Below are positions 17,701-27,727 of a stretch of 47,494 nt of DNA, one piece after another. Source of the DNA: a virus; the IMG/VR virus record IMGVR_UViG_3300029868_000036, positions 1 to 47,494 of that record; one strand, written 5' to 3'. The translations under genes and the position numbers were made by a program. The notes beneath the pieces were generated by a model. The model worked only from the letters and a program-made list of their open reading frames with translations, had not been told where the DNA came from and searched no databases. The first letter of the stretch is position 1; the number at the start of each line of letters is the position of its first letter.

Positions 17701-20700
17701 TCGTATCTAAACTATCTAAGGCTAGTTACTATGGTAGCGAGCAGAAGTACAAAAACTTTATAGACAAACTAGAGAGTGGAGACTTACCAAAAAATGAAGC
17801 TACTACAATAGCTTTAAACGAAATGGCTACCGCACTAGATGTTAAAGCAAAACAACTCAATCAAACAAGGGAGGTATACAAAAATGAAAGTGAACTTAGA
17901 AAATATGAAGGGCTGGATAAAGATACAATCAAAAAGTATGAAGATGGAACTCAAAGAAGAAAAGATAGCACAGCTAGCAGAGGAAGCGATGCAGACTTAC
18001 AAGAGACAGCTAAGTCTGACAAAGGACAAACAAGAGTCACAAGAGACAGCGATGCTAGTGACAATAGACAAACTCCAAAAGATATAATATTTGATAGTGC
18101 TAAGGTCTACAGCACTAAAGGTGTTACTGATGAGATACCAAGCAGGTTAATCTCTAAGCAGATTCAAAAAGATGTAGCAAGGTATGTAAAACAACTAGCT
18201 GATAGACTAGGATATGAGTTTGCTCTGAATGCTAAGGGTAAAAAACTTTCATATAATGGAGTAAGTGATAACATTGCAGAAGCAGGAGGAAATACTACTT
18301 TTAAATTATTTAAACCAAAGAGTGACATAGGGATATATGTCTCTTTAAACTATGACTTAGATTACAAGAGTGACTCCAATAATGATGCCTATACTCTTAG
18401 TGATGGATTTGTTGGTGGGCATCTTTTTAGGACCACTTCAAAGAGTGGTGTTGATGGTAATAATCAGTTCATACCTACACATAAACTTGACAGTAAAGAG
18501 TTTATAGATGATATAATATATGAAGTTGAAAATAGAATTAAAAGAGAGGAAACAAAAAATGCAAGCGAAAATAAAAGCAGTACAACAACTGACAGAACAA
18601 GTGATACAGCTGGAGTACCAACTGCAAAACAAAAAACACCTGAATCCAAAAGCGATAAAGGAAGTGACAAGTCAGTACCAAACAGCGATAAACGACCTGA
18701 CAGACTTAGTGATGATAGAAGCAATAGAAATGAAGTACCCACAAAAGATGAAAGAGTGGACAGACTTCCGACCACTAGCGAAGATAAACTCAATGAGCAA
18801 CAAACAACTAATGCAGACACAGTACTACCAAAACCTAATGAACGACTCACTCCTACAAAGAACTACAGCCTAGTAGGTAAAGAATCAGTAGAACTAACTA
18901 AAGGGCAGAGAAAAAAGTTTAATGCTTCTGCCCTTGACATCATCAAAAAACCTTTAGAAGAGATAACTGAGGCAGATAGAGAGATACTTAGACACTATAC
19001 TGGAGAGGGTGGGCTTGATGCAGTTAATGAAAACTCTATCAATCAACACTATACAAACTATGAAACAGTAGATGCTATGTACTCCGCTTTAAAAAGTACT
19101 GGTATCACTATGGACAAGGTACTAGAGCCAGCAGTTGGAAGTGGTAACTTTGTAGGCTTTAATCCTGATGCCTCATGGGATGTTGTGGATATAGACACTA
19201 CAAATATAGAAGTGACTAAAAGGTTATACCCTCAAATAAAAAACTTTTATGATGAAACTTATGAAACATTCGCTGGTAAAAACTACGACCTAATCATCTC
19301 TAATGTTCCTTTTGCAAGTGAGCAGTTGCTTATGAGAGAACATGCCATGACTATTAAGCCAGCGTTTAAAGCAATTCACAACTTTTACTTTGCTCATTCA
19401 ATAGACAAGGTAAAAGATAATGGTGTTGTCGCGTTTATGACAAGTACTGGTACTATGGATGGGACTACTACGGCTAGAAGTTTGAGAAAGTATCTTATGG
19501 ATAGAGGCGACTTAATAGGGGCTTTTAGACTACCTGAGAAGAGTCAAGCAAAAAATTCTCATACAGACACTATGATAGATATAATCTTCATACAAAAAAG
19601 ACCTAGTGGTGTAGAGTCAAGACAAAATGACATAAACAATCTCTTTATCAATGTTGGCTCTAGAGAGGGATTTGCTATGAATGAGTACTTCATAGCTAAC
19701 CCTGAGTTTCTTTTAGGGGATGAAGTTCTTATAGATAAAGATAAAACTAAGATGGGTAAAGAGGGTTGGATAGTTCGAGGCGAGAGTAATCTAGAAAAAA
19801 TCAAACTCAATTATGAGCCATATAAAAAACTTAAAAAGTCTAAAGAAGAAAAGAGCAATTTTGTAGACTTAGATGAAGCTAGAGTCTATGCTAAAAATAA
19901 TGCCCTTGTTATGAAAGTTGTTCAAGACACAAAGGTGTTCTCTGAAATTACAAGTGATAGTTTTACTCTCTTTGACAAAGTAGTGACTTTTAGGGACTCT
20001 GAGCAGATAGTAATGTTTGGAACTAAACTCAAAGGAAACAATACAAATAAGGCTTTGCACTTAAACAGAATCATGACCTTAACAGAAGATGCGGTAAATC
20101 AAGAAAGTAAAACACTCTTAGAAAATGCACTTAGTGAGATAGAGTCCTATAAAGAGATATATGAGAAGTCTCCACATAATGACCTTGGACTTAAAAAGTT
20201 TATGAAAGCTAATCGTGCAGATGTAAAACTCAAAGAGTTTATGTCTTACTTTGACAAAGATTTTAACCCTGCTGCTATTTATGGAGAAAAGACACGTTTT
20301 AAAAATAGTGGAGATATAAAGATAGACTCATCTAGCCCTCTTATGGATAGAGCACTCTTTTACTCAAACTTTGATAGCATCATAGATACTTCTAAATCGT
20401 ATGAGTTTTTAAACTCAAATGATATTAAGCAGCTAAAGAGCGAAAGTCTTTTTGTACAAAGTGGTGAGAATGAAATTCAACTTGGATTTATGTACTATGC
20501 TGGTAATGTTTATAAAAAGCTAGACAACTTAGAAAATCTTAATGCTAGTGGTAATATTTCAAGTGCTGAGTATAAGGCTCAATATACAAACCTTAAAGGT
20601 ATTATCCCCAAAGCGATTCCCTACAAGAGTATAAAAGTTAAGGGCGGAGAGTCTTGGATACCGAGTGTTGTAAAAGATAAACTTCTTGCAGTGCAAAAGG

Positions 20701-23700
20701 GAGAACTTAAAGTTAATGATAGTGTTTTTAATGGGAATGCTTCTCATGCTGAACTTTATAACAGATACTTAAATAAAACAGCCCTTGCACCAAAGCTCAA
20801 AGATGAGAGTGATTCTGAAAATATCCAAAGAACTATGGATGCGGAAGAGATTTTAAATGTTACTCTTGTTCCTAAAGTCATGCAATACATAGAAAGTGTT
20901 GGACTTTCTGAAATACTTACAGATGAGTACAATAGATTTTCAAACTTCTATGTAAGACCTGAAATGACTGGTGTACTCTTAAGAGATTTACCTAAGTCTT
21001 TTCGTGGTAAACCTTTTAAAATGCAAGGGCATCAAGCCGAGGGTGCTGAAAAAATAGTCTTTAATAAAAAAGGTGTTTTAGCTTTTGCCCCCGGCGGAGG
21101 AAAAACAATCACAGCAGTTGTAGCAGTTAAAAACCTTTTGGATCAGAGTGTAATGAAAAAACCTCTTTTTGTTGTTCCTGTAAATACCATAGCACAATGG
21201 GAAGAAACTGTTAAAGAATTGTATCCTGATGCTAGTGTTTACGAGTTTCCAAAAGTGAAGAGTGGAAAGAATAAAGGTAATGCTAAAGAGTGGACACAAC
21301 TCTCTCGTGAAGAGAAAGAGCAGATGGCATTTGACCTTGCTAATAATAGATATGACTTTACTATCATTGGCGATACAATGTTTCAAAAGTTTGGTCTGCC
21401 TAGTGATGTGCTCAGTGAGTATGTTGATGACCTTGTAGCTCAGATGATAAAAGAAGAGAGTGCTACAGATGATGCAAGTAAAAAAGATAAAAAAGAGATA
21501 GTATCTGCGGAGCAAAAAAGAAAAGCTCTTAAAGTAGGTCTGAGACAAGCTTATGGTGGAGAGGTTGAGTTTGACTTTGCAAAACTTGGCTTTGATGGAC
21601 TTATAGCAGATGAAGTGCAGTACTATAAAAACATAGGTATGCAAGGTAAAGATGTTAAAGGTGGACTTGGGGCAACTATAGCTATCAAGTACTCCGATAA
21701 AGCTGGAAAGAGTCTGACTACTAAAGATATTAAAGATGGTGCAGAGCCTTACTCTGCTACTCTTGGTTCTATGAGAAGTTATGACTTTAGATTTAAAAGT
21801 AAATATGTATCTCAAAACAACAATGGTAACAATGTAATACTCCTCACAGGGACACCAACACCAAACAAACCTCTTGAACTATATACACTCCTGCAACACC
21901 TAGATGAGAATATCCTTTTAGAGTACGGCATAGAAGCTTCTAGTGATTTTGTAGATACTTTTTATGACATTGAAAATTATGAGACTACAGATAGTATTGG
22001 TAAGATAGTAAAAAGAGAAGGTCTCGGTAGTATGAAAAACTTGGAGTGGTTAGGTAAGATACTTGATAGATATGTAGACTATAAAGGTTTTGAGTCTATG
22101 CCTGACTTACCACGACCTAAGCAGATAGAAGTAGAACACTATATGAAACTCTCAAAAGCTGGGGAGGTAATCTTTGGGGATGTGCAAGCTCGACTTATTC
22201 AAGCTATAGAAGATGGTAAACTTTTAAAATCTGGTGCAATAACTGCTGATAGTATAGAGATAGCACTTGTTCCTATGGGTGCAGGTCGAAGTGCATCTAT
22301 AGACTTGAGACTCTACGATATAGGCACTAAAGGAAAGTCTGAACTTACACATGATGAACTCTCAGAGCTTATTGTTAATGATGAAGCTACGATAGAAAAC
22401 AACAAGATATTAAAAACAGTAGACCTTGTTAAAAATCAATATAAAGAGAACCCTGATAGCGGACAGATAATATTTTTAGATAGATTAAAAGTAAAAAATC
22501 CTGATGGTACTACAACTTCTACACACCAAGAGATACGAGAGCAAGTTTTAGCTACTGGTCTTTTTGATGAAACAGAGGTTGTGTTTGTTAATGGTGGTGA
22601 GTTTGTAAACCATAACACTGGTAAAGTCTCAAAGGGTTCTATTAAACCTGACATGTTAAACAAAATCATGGATATGTATAATGAAGGAAAGATAAAAGTC
22701 ATTATAGGCAATACATCTAAGCTTGGTGTTGGAGTAGACCTAAACAGAAAAACTACTGACATATATCAGTTAGATATTCCTTTTCGCCCTGATGAAATAG
22801 AGCAGAGGAATAACCGTGGTGTAAGACAAGGTAATGAAAATGCTTCTGTACGAACACATAAGTTCTTCCAACTTGGAACCTTTGATAAAAGAAGTTATGA
22901 CATTGTTATTGCTAAGAGAGGGTTTAACGACATATATGGTTTTAGTGATACATCTGATATTGTATATAATGATGGTGTTTCTAAGATAGACAACAAGTCT
23001 ATGACTGACCCATATCAAGCTATAATAGATTTAGAGAGTGATCCATTTGTGAGAGAGAAACTTAGAAAACAGAGAGTTATAGATAATGCTGTAGTGGACG
23101 CTAACAATCTTAAAAATATAGTGACAAAACTTGAAGCTGATATTAGAATTAAGCAGGGTTCTATTGTAAACTATGAAAACGGAATAAAAGGTGTAGAGTC
23201 TAACTTGCAAGAGAAGAACTACCCTGAGTATAAAGCTGTTAAAGATGTAGCAGAGAAAAAAGCTAAACTAGAGAAGTATATCTCAGATAATCAAGCTCGA
23301 AAAGTAAAATATGAAAACACTATTCAAGAGATAAGAGATGATATAAAAACTATTGAGAGTAAGCTTGATGGGAGAAGAGAGATGCAAGCTACACAGCTTG
23401 CAGATACTAAGTTTATCACTGATGAGTATACAAAAGATGGTGTGAATGTAGATATAGCTCTCATAAAAGCTGCATACACAGAGCAACAGATACTTGAGAG
23501 TGAAGAGAATGTAAGCGATAGTGGCTCGGATAGTTATATGCAAAACAAGATGAACCATTCTATTAATAACAATATGACTCAAAAAGAGAAAAAAAATCAA
23601 GAAGAAGCAGATGCTTATGCTCGTGCTAATGGTTTTGATGAAGCTGGAGCGAACTATATACCTACTTACTCTTCTTCAAATATGCCGACTCGTTCTAAAG

Positions 23701-26700
23701 ATGGAACTATAGACATAGGTGTAAAAACTGTACTTCTTCCAAGCATAGATGCTCCTATAAATGCTGATAGCTTAAGAGTATATCTTAAAGACATTATAGG
23801 CAATAGACTCTACGAAGCAAAAATAAAAGCTAAGAGTGCTTTAGGTGTTTACAAAAGACAAGATAGTGCTATACGAGTAAAAAACTATAGTGACATGGAA
23901 GTAATGGCTCATGAGATGGCACACTACTTAGACTTCTTTTACAAGAACAAGACTAAAAAATCGAATGATAGTTTCTTTAGAGTTGAGATACTTAGAAACA
24001 AAGAAGAAGTAAAAGCACTCAGCTATACTACAAACCCAAAGAATGTAATAAGAGAGGGTTTTGCAGAGTTTGTTAGACTATGGCTAACTAACTACAATTC
24101 TCTTGAACTTGTGGCTCCAAATATGGTAGCAGACTTTGAGGTAAAACTCTCATCAGATAAAGTGCTGCTTAAAAAAATGACTTTACTGCAAGAGGGTCTA
24201 CACCAGTACTTCCACCAAGGTTCTCACGCAACCCTTAGAAGTAAGCAAGGTGGAGAATTAAATAAAACTGCAAAGAAGTTACAAAGAAGTCAAGCAGAGA
24301 TAGCGAAGAACTTTAGACAAGCTACTATAGACAAGATACATAGCATTAAACGCATAGAAGCAGAAGTTTTAGGTGACAATGCATCTGATGCGATTGATAG
24401 TCCTTATAAGCTCTTACAGTTAGTCAATGGTGCTAGTTCAATTATGTATAGTGCTATGAATATAGGAATCCCTACTGTACAAGATAATGGAGATATATCT
24501 TATAGTGGAAAAGCTTTGAATGATATATTTGCACCTGTTACTTCTAAAGGAGAAGAGAGAGTACGACTCTTTAGCGATTATCTTGTAGCAAAGAGAGCTA
24601 ATGAGCTTATGGCACAAGGTAGAGAGAACCTTATAAGTAAAGATGAGATAAAAATAGGGCTTGACCTTGGCGAAATGTATCCTGAGTTTGAATCTGTTTC
24701 TGATGAGTATCAAGAGTTTAATGATAGGATGCTTGATTTTTATGTAAATATGAATCTCATTACGACTTCTCAAAGAGAGAACTTCAAAGAGTTTAATAAA
24801 AACTATGTTCCATTTGCTAGAGTTACTGAGAGTGTGCAGTTTGGAGAAGTAGCACCAGCAACTATAGGACAAAGACTCACTGGTGGTACTCGTTCTTTAG
24901 GCGATATAATGGAAAATATTATTAATGGCATAGAAAGTAATATTAAAGAGGCTCTAATTTCCCGAGGGAAATCTGTATTTTATGAGATGCTTCAAGAGAG
25001 TGGTATGGGTGGTGTTTATGCAACTAAGGTGAGTGTAGAAGATAAGCTTGTAAAAAGTGATATTCAACAGCAAGCTAAAAAGATAGCTCTTATAATGAGT
25101 GAACTTGGCATAACTGTAAGTAAAGATGGAATGATACTTAGTGGTGATATAACAAGTGACAATATCATAGATGTTAAAGAGATAGAAGCTAATCTTGTAC
25201 AAAACCCTGAGGCTTTAGAGTTTTGGACTCATGGGCATAAACCTACTTCTAAAACTGCATATATAGATAGTGCAATCATAGATGATAAGGTTGTTTACTT
25301 TGAGGTTAATGATAAGGCTCTTGTTGATGCGATGACTTCTTTTAGGAGTGCTAATTACAATGAGCTAGTTCAAGGACTCATGACTATAAAAAATGTTATG
25401 ACTTGGAACATTACTAATAATCCTCTTTTTTATCTAACAAACTTTGTGCGAGATACTATCTCTGCGAGTGTTCTTAGTAAAAACAACTTTAAGCCTGTAC
25501 TTAGTTCAATAGCTGGTGCTTATCACTTTGTAACGAAGTCAAAAACTTTTAAAGAGTTTATGGCTAGTGGTTCTGGATATGGAACAAGAAGAACAACTCT
25601 TGGAAGTGATATACAAGCCATGTCAATGCTAAAGGTTAATCGTGGGCTTGATTTAGTTAGTAAACTTATAAGTGCTATGGAGTACGGTGCTGATATATTT
25701 GAGTATGGAACTCGTGTTGGAGATTTTTCTTTAGCACAAAGGAGCGGTAAGAGTAATCTGCAATCTTCTTATGAAGCTCGTGAGGTAAGTACTGACTTTG
25801 CCATAAAAGGTGGTAACGATACATTTAGTGGGTTTATGGCTACGGTTCCTTTTATGAAAGCGGGTATCAATGGTATAGATAAAACTGCAAGAAGAATTTT
25901 CTCTTTAAATGGAGAGATGCAGTTTTCTAATGCAATCAAGTTTAAAAATCAACTTGGAGAGCTTCAAACACATAAGATAAAGATTTATGCTACTGGTGGG
26001 ATGATAGCTGGGCTTACTCTTGCTTTATGGTTTCAAAATAGAGATGATGAGAGATATAAAAAACTTACACGAGACTCTAAACTTATGTACTGGCATTTCT
26101 TTATTGGAGATAATCATATAAAAGTACCAAGACCTTATGATATAGGTTTTGCATTTTCTACTATTCCTGAGATTATAGTAGATGGTATTTATACTAAGCA
26201 TGGAGAGCAAGCGGTAAAAGACTTTCTTTGGGGATCTAAAAATATGTTTAGTGTTGGAGATATTAGTGGTTTGTTCCAGCCGATACTTGAAGATATGACA
26301 AACACTAACTGGACTGGTTCTCCTATAGTTCCTAGAAATATGCAAAATTTAGATGACTTAAGTGACCAATACTTTAGCAGCACTCCAAAGATGTATAGAG
26401 AGTTTGGCAAGGCTACAGGAACGAGTCCTATAAAACTGCAACACTATGTAGATGGATACCTTGGACTTACTGCAAAAATGATAGAAGAAGTTACAGAGAA
26501 TTTACTTTGGAATAAAAAAGAGTGGGGAGCAAGACCATTTGAGAGAAATGCTTTAGAGTTTTTAACATATAGATTTAAAGCTAGAGAGGTAGAACCTAGA
26601 AGCAAGTATAGTGAAAAGTACTATGAGCTAATGAAAAAGGCAAGTGGGGTTAAGGCTAGTTATGAGAAGAAAAGAAAAGAAGCTTTTATCGATAAAGGTA

Positions 26701-26948
26701 AAGACATAAGAGCATACATGAGCGATAAAGAAAAACAAGCTTATTTAAGTGTTGATAAAATGCTTAAGAAGTTTAACAAGACACTTACTCAGATAAAAGT
26801 TAGTATAGAAGTTGTTTCTTATGATAAGAGTTTAAGTAAGACTCAAAAAGAGAAACTAATCAATGATGCTTATACAAATAAAACAACTATGTTTAAAGAG
26901 ATAACTGAGAGTTTAGAAACTGAACTTAAAAAGCTAAAAGGGGAATAG
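14763..26948 (+). CDS. Giant polyvalent protein (4061 aa): N6-adenine DNA methyltransferase + SF2/SNF2-like helicase + HExxH metallopeptidase-like region; probable packaged/ejected anti-restriction protein
   Basis: Uninterrupted 12,186-nt ORF with a TTG start after aaagg. Methyltransferase, helicase and zincin motifs are listed as separate features. The gene follows the portal-region genes. Confidence 0.85.
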   Translation: MKKLDTFNDNEFQSLDLKEKQTIATNYFDTEIADNEFTALDTSTQTSIRDNFINAQIDFDVSDTVDKVVDFVNPPKNYIQDDTVSDPSIHNPTAPNIDGSIPTIKQKPLSIETPDTSFNQDSTSTMDIATFEDNIKPQEDYINPESGDFELAKRVVNRTNELTANAIQGTYNILGNIKSPIEYLGISTDAMDAQSKKRKEWFKDASDKLNDFVYEQNKFKLNKKDKPTHSWEEVKKGFNTGGVFDIDAWQELGNYVGSEGVASSVDMAEMVATLPLYYASRLQESAEKRAKNQNRKEPNATDYLISAPTTIGSILLDRFGLKAMTSDVVQSVGKKALDGKLTEVAKEIGSKMKDGFIKEGVTEGVQNPLEMFGEEVSTKKGLSSVEQYVDNSLAGVVAGAGMGGTLSGATATGSMALNEYSAKKRETQREEYILDTYKRDVLGNGLVATVDDNGYIEFKQSLEVKVKTIQDEFTNFVINNPEVEVPVEAVENINMQEVIVEDAKKQGLNVLNEDGLNAIDIGFKELEAEIGSTEEIALEPKGVEAEPTQVIEPTATKIETAPKNAKNLYEDDSPALQADNIGTYESGKQVEYTTSDGKSSIVTVAPSDNQYNYDRKKVAVINADGVEFAVSPSTLSIVSSAPSIEESQANARGKKKPTPSAIDAKLALNEKLYGYSEDALAQANKKLFDADKSEEARLKKLSTSDIAEEERAYYENKNTPAETQRAYDFLSTNTKKVQSKQGSLTGLEPTGQNALFDTQASEEYITPSWAKEIVSDTTKYSDIITALTDANNGTYTELSDRAMNALHSAGDPHLVKEIIRFDELDGRWDLNEIEIQEQKALYDLLENNLKGVENGTIPRRTSDTTETQGARSETGVSESKTKDNGDVQETTRGGILQGGIQEDGSTEVPSSKQDEITTDVSINDTNYKIYDDGSVLEIKKDGKLTDFKLDKQKEDSIRQGASWTGSTPEYEYSNLSKVYLVSKLSKASYYGSEQKYKNFIDKLESGDLPKNEATTIALNEMATALDVKAKQLNQTREVYKNESELRKYEGLDKDTIKKYEDGTQRRKDSTASRGSDADLQETAKSDKGQTRVTRDSDASDNRQTPKDIIFDSAKVYSTKGVTDEIPSRLISKQIQKDVARYVKQLADRLGYEFALNAKGKKLSYNGVSDNIAEAGGNTTFKLFKPKSDIGIYVSLNYDLDYKSDSNNDAYTLSDGFVGGHLFRTTSKSGVDGNNQFIPTHKLDSKEFIDDIIYEVENRIKREETKNASENKSSTTTDRTSDTAGVPTAKQKTPESKSDKGSDKSVPNSDKRPDRLSDDRSNRNEVPTKDERVDRLPTTSEDKLNEQQTTNADTVLPKPNERLTPTKNYSLVGKESVELTKGQRKKFNASALDIIKKPLEEITEADREILRHYTGEGGLDAVNENSINQHYTNYETVDAMYSALKSTGITMDKVLEPAVGSGNFVGFNPDASWDVVDIDTTNIEVTKRLYPQIKNFYDETYETFAGKNYDLIISNVPFASEQLLMREHAMTIKPAFKAIHNFYFAHSIDKVKDNGVVAFMTSTGTMDGTTTARSLRKYLMDRGDLIGAFRLPEKSQAKNSHTDTMIDIIFIQKRPSGVESRQNDINNLFINVGSREGFAMNEYFIANPEFLLGDEVLIDKDKTKMGKEGWIVRGESNLEKIKLNYEPYKKLKKSKEEKSNFVDLDEARVYAKNNALVMKVVQDTKVFSEITSDSFTLFDKVVTFRDSEQIVMFGTKLKGNNTNKALHLNRIMTLTEDAVNQESKTLLENALSEIESYKEIYEKSPHNDLGLKKFMKANRADVKLKEFMSYFDKDFNPAAIYGEKTRFKNSGDIKIDSSSPLMDRALFYSNFDSIIDTSKSYEFLNSNDIKQLKSESLFVQSGENEIQLGFMYYAGNVYKKLDNLENLNASGNISSAEYKAQYTNLKGIIPKAIPYKSIKVKGGESWIPSVVKDKLLAVQKGELKVNDSVFNGNASHAELYNRYLNKTALAPKLKDESDSENIQRTMDAEEILNVTLVPKVMQYIESVGLSEILTDEYNRFSNFYVRPEMTGVLLRDLPKSFRGKPFKMQGHQAEGAEKIVFNKKGVLAFAPGGGKTITAVVAVKNLLDQSVMKKPLFVVPVNTIAQWEETVKELYPDASVYEFPKVKSGKNKGNAKEWTQLSREEKEQMAFDLANNRYDFTIIGDTMFQKFGLPSDVLSEYVDDLVAQMIKEESATDDASKKDKKEIVSAEQKRKALKVGLRQAYGGEVEFDFAKLGFDGLIADEVQYYKNIGMQGKDVKGGLGATIAIKYSDKAGKSLTTKDIKDGAEPYSATLGSMRSYDFRFKSKYVSQNNNGNNVILLTGTPTPNKPLELYTLLQHLDENILLEYGIEASSDFVDTFYDIENYETTDSIGKIVKREGLGSMKNLEWLGKILDRYVDYKGFESMPDLPRPKQIEVEHYMKLSKAGEVIFGDVQARLIQAIEDGKLLKSGAITADSIEIALVPMGAGRSASIDLRLYDIGTKGKSELTHDELSELIVNDEATIENNKILKTVDLVKNQYKENPDSGQIIFLDRLKVKNPDGTTTSTHQEIREQVLATGLFDETEVVFVNGGEFVNHNTGKVSKGSIKPDMLNKIMDMYNEGKIKVIIGNTSKLGVGVDLNRKTTDIYQLDIPFRPDEIEQRNNRGVRQGNENASVRTHKFFQLGTFDKRSYDIVIAKRGFNDIYGFSDTSDIVYNDGVSKIDNKSMTDPYQAIIDLESDPFVREKLRKQRVIDNAVVDANNLKNIVTKLEADIRIKQGSIVNYENGIKGVESNLQEKNYPEYKAVKDVAEKKAKLEKYISDNQARKVKYENTIQEIRDDIKTIESKLDGRREMQATQLADTKFITDEYTKDGVNVDIALIKAAYTEQQILESEENVSDSGSDSYMQNKMNHSINNNMTQKEKKNQEEADAYARANGFDEAGANYIPTYSSSNMPTRSKDGTIDIGVKTVLLPSIDAPINADSLRVYLKDIIGNRLYEAKIKAKSALGVYKRQDSAIRVKNYSDMEVMAHEMAHYLDFFYKNKTKKSNDSFFRVEILRNKEEVKALSYTTNPKNVIREGFAEFVRLWLTNYNSLELVAPNMVADFEVKLSSDKVLLKKMTLLQEGLHQYFHQGSHATLRSKQGGELNKTAKKLQRSQAEIAKNFRQATIDKIHSIKRIEAEVLGDNASDAIDSPYKLLQLVNGASSIMYSAMNIGIPTVQDNGDISYSGKALNDIFAPVTSKGEERVRLFSDYLVAKRANELMAQGRENLISKDEIKIGLDLGEMYPEFESVSDEYQEFNDRMLDFYVNMNLITTSQRENFKEFNKNYVPFARVTESVQFGEVAPATIGQRLTGGTRSLGDIMENIINGIESNIKEALISRGKSVFYEMLQESGMGGVYATKVSVEDKLVKSDIQQQAKKIALIMSELGITVSKDGMILSGDITSDNIIDVKEIEANLVQNPEALEFWTHGHKPTSKTAYIDSAIIDDKVVYFEVNDKALVDAMTSFRSANYNELVQGLMTIKNVMTWNITNNPLFYLTNFVRDTISASVLSKNNFKPVLSSIAGAYHFVTKSKTFKEFMASGSGYGTRRTTLGSDIQAMSMLKVNRGLDLVSKLISAMEYGADIFEYGTRVGDFSLAQRSGKSNLQSSYEAREVSTDFAIKGGNDTFSGFMATVPFMKAGINGIDKTARRIFSLNGEMQFSNAIKFKNQLGELQTHKIKIYATGGMIAGLTLALWFQNRDDERYKKLTRDSKLMYWHFFIGDNHIKVPRPYDIGFAFSTIPEIIVDGIYTKHGEQAVKDFLWGSKNMFSVGDISGLFQPILEDMTNTNWTGSPIVPRNMQNLDDLSDQYFSSTPKMYREFGKATGTSPIKLQHYVDGYLGLTAKMIEEVTENLLWNKKEWGARPFERNALEFLTYRFKAREVEPRSKYSEKYYELMKKASGVKASYEKKRKEAFIDKGKDIRAYMSDKEKQAYLSVDKMLKKFNKTLTQIKVSIEVVSYDKSLSKTQKEKLINDAYTNKTTMFKEITESLETELKKLKGE
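18960..19700 (+). other. N6-adenine methyltransferase domain of the giant protein (approximate bounds)
   Basis: SAM-binding motif I is EPAVGSGNF (19125-19151). Catalytic motif IV is NVPF (19302-19313), about 59 aa downstream. Confidence 0.75.
21000..22900 (+). other. SF2 / SNF2-like helicase domain of the giant protein (approximate bounds)
   Basis: Motifs read: Walker A APGGGKT (21087-21107), DEVQ box (21609-21620), LLTGTPTPNKPLELY, motif VI QRNNRGVRQG (22803-22832). Confidence 0.8.
23850..24100 (+). other. Zincin-like HExxH region of the giant protein (approximate bounds)
   Basis: HEMAH is at 23910-23924, with a downstream REGFAEF segment. This is a single short motif, so the call is tentative. 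Confidence 0.45.
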
Positions 26949-27623
26949 ATGGCACATGATATAGAAATACGGTTTAAATGTAGAGCACTCTTTGAGGTTC
27001 TTGATATGAGTCTTACTACCATATCAAAACAAGAGTCGGTAGGGATATCTACTCTGAGTGACTGGAAAAATGATGATAGAGAAGAGTTTGGCGGTATTTG
27101 GGTTCAAGGATGCAAGGCTGGAACTATAGAACAGACTACTATGAAGCTCAGAGAAGAGTTAAAAGCTACTTCTGTTTATGATGAGATGAAAAACAGAGTC
27201 AATAGATACCAAGGTATCACTAAAGATGGTGCTATAAAAACGGATGGAATGCTGAGTGTCGGTAGTGAAAATGCTGAGATACAAGCAAGAGTAGAAGCCG
27301 ATGTCACACTCTTAGCATCTGTAGGTGCTGACTACTTTGACTCACAACTCTTTAAAAACTCTATGCTTAGTTCTATCGTTTTAAATAACCAAGTGAAAAA
27401 AGATATATCTAAAGTCAAGCAAGCAGATATAAAAGCAAGTAGTGAGATACATAAGATAGCTAAAGAAGCTAGGTTTGGTAAGAGTCCTGAGACTGTCATA
27501 TTTAATGCCAATGGTAATTACTCTCCTGAAGAGTTAAACGACCTTACTATAGAACAGCTTGAGGAATTAATGAAGAGAGAGAGTGAACCTATTTTGGATG
27601 TTGTATTAGATGAAAAGTGTTAA
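26949..27623 (+). CDS. HTH-domain protein (possible small terminase subunit or regulator)
   Basis: 224 aa. The N-terminus (LDMSLTTISKQESVGISTLSDWKN) looks like a helix-turn-helix. The ATG abuts the giant ORF stop (TAGATG). Confidence 0.35.
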   Translation: MAHDIEIRFKCRALFEVLDMSLTTISKQESVGISTLSDWKNDDREEFGGIWVQGCKAGTIEQTTMKLREELKATSVYDEMKNRVNRYQGITKDGAIKTDGMLSVGSENAEIQARVEADVTLLASVGADYFDSQLFKNSMLSSIVLNNQVKKDISKVKQADIKASSEIHKIAKEARFGKSPETVIFNANGNYSPEELNDLTIEQLEELMKRESEPILDVVLDEKC

Positions 27624-27634
27624 AAATAAAGACA

Positions 27635-27663
27635 AACTTGGTACCCATCTTGGTACCCATTAA
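27635..27663 (+). repeat. 29-bp direct repeat copy 1 (AACTTGGTACCCATCTTGGTACCCATTAA), candidate integrase arm-type sites
   Basis: Identical to 27877-27905. Each copy is itself a tandem of CTTGGTACCCAT. The two copies flank the tRNA-fragment core. Confidence 0.7.
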
Positions 27664-27727
27664 AAACTTAAATAGATTTATCAGTTTATAAATTCTTTGA
27701 AATGTCGTTGTTTGGGGGATTGTAAAG

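Noticed and set aside
17323-18873. Alternative-frame + strand ORFs (17323..17511, 17839..18087, 18520..18873) and - strand 18464..18850 inside the giant gene
   Set aside because: They fall in the purine-rich low-complexity K/E/D/S/T linker of the giant protein, where stop codons are depleted in several frames. There are no RBSs, and the main frame is continuous through the region.
21078-21815. 245-aa - strand ORF, and about 20 other 60-145-aa - strand ORFs between 14811 and 26410
   Set aside because: All are antisense to the uninterrupted 12.2-kb ORF, which carries clear MTase and helicase motifs. Their translations are Phe/Ile/Leu/Ser-rich shadow products of an A-rich sense strand.
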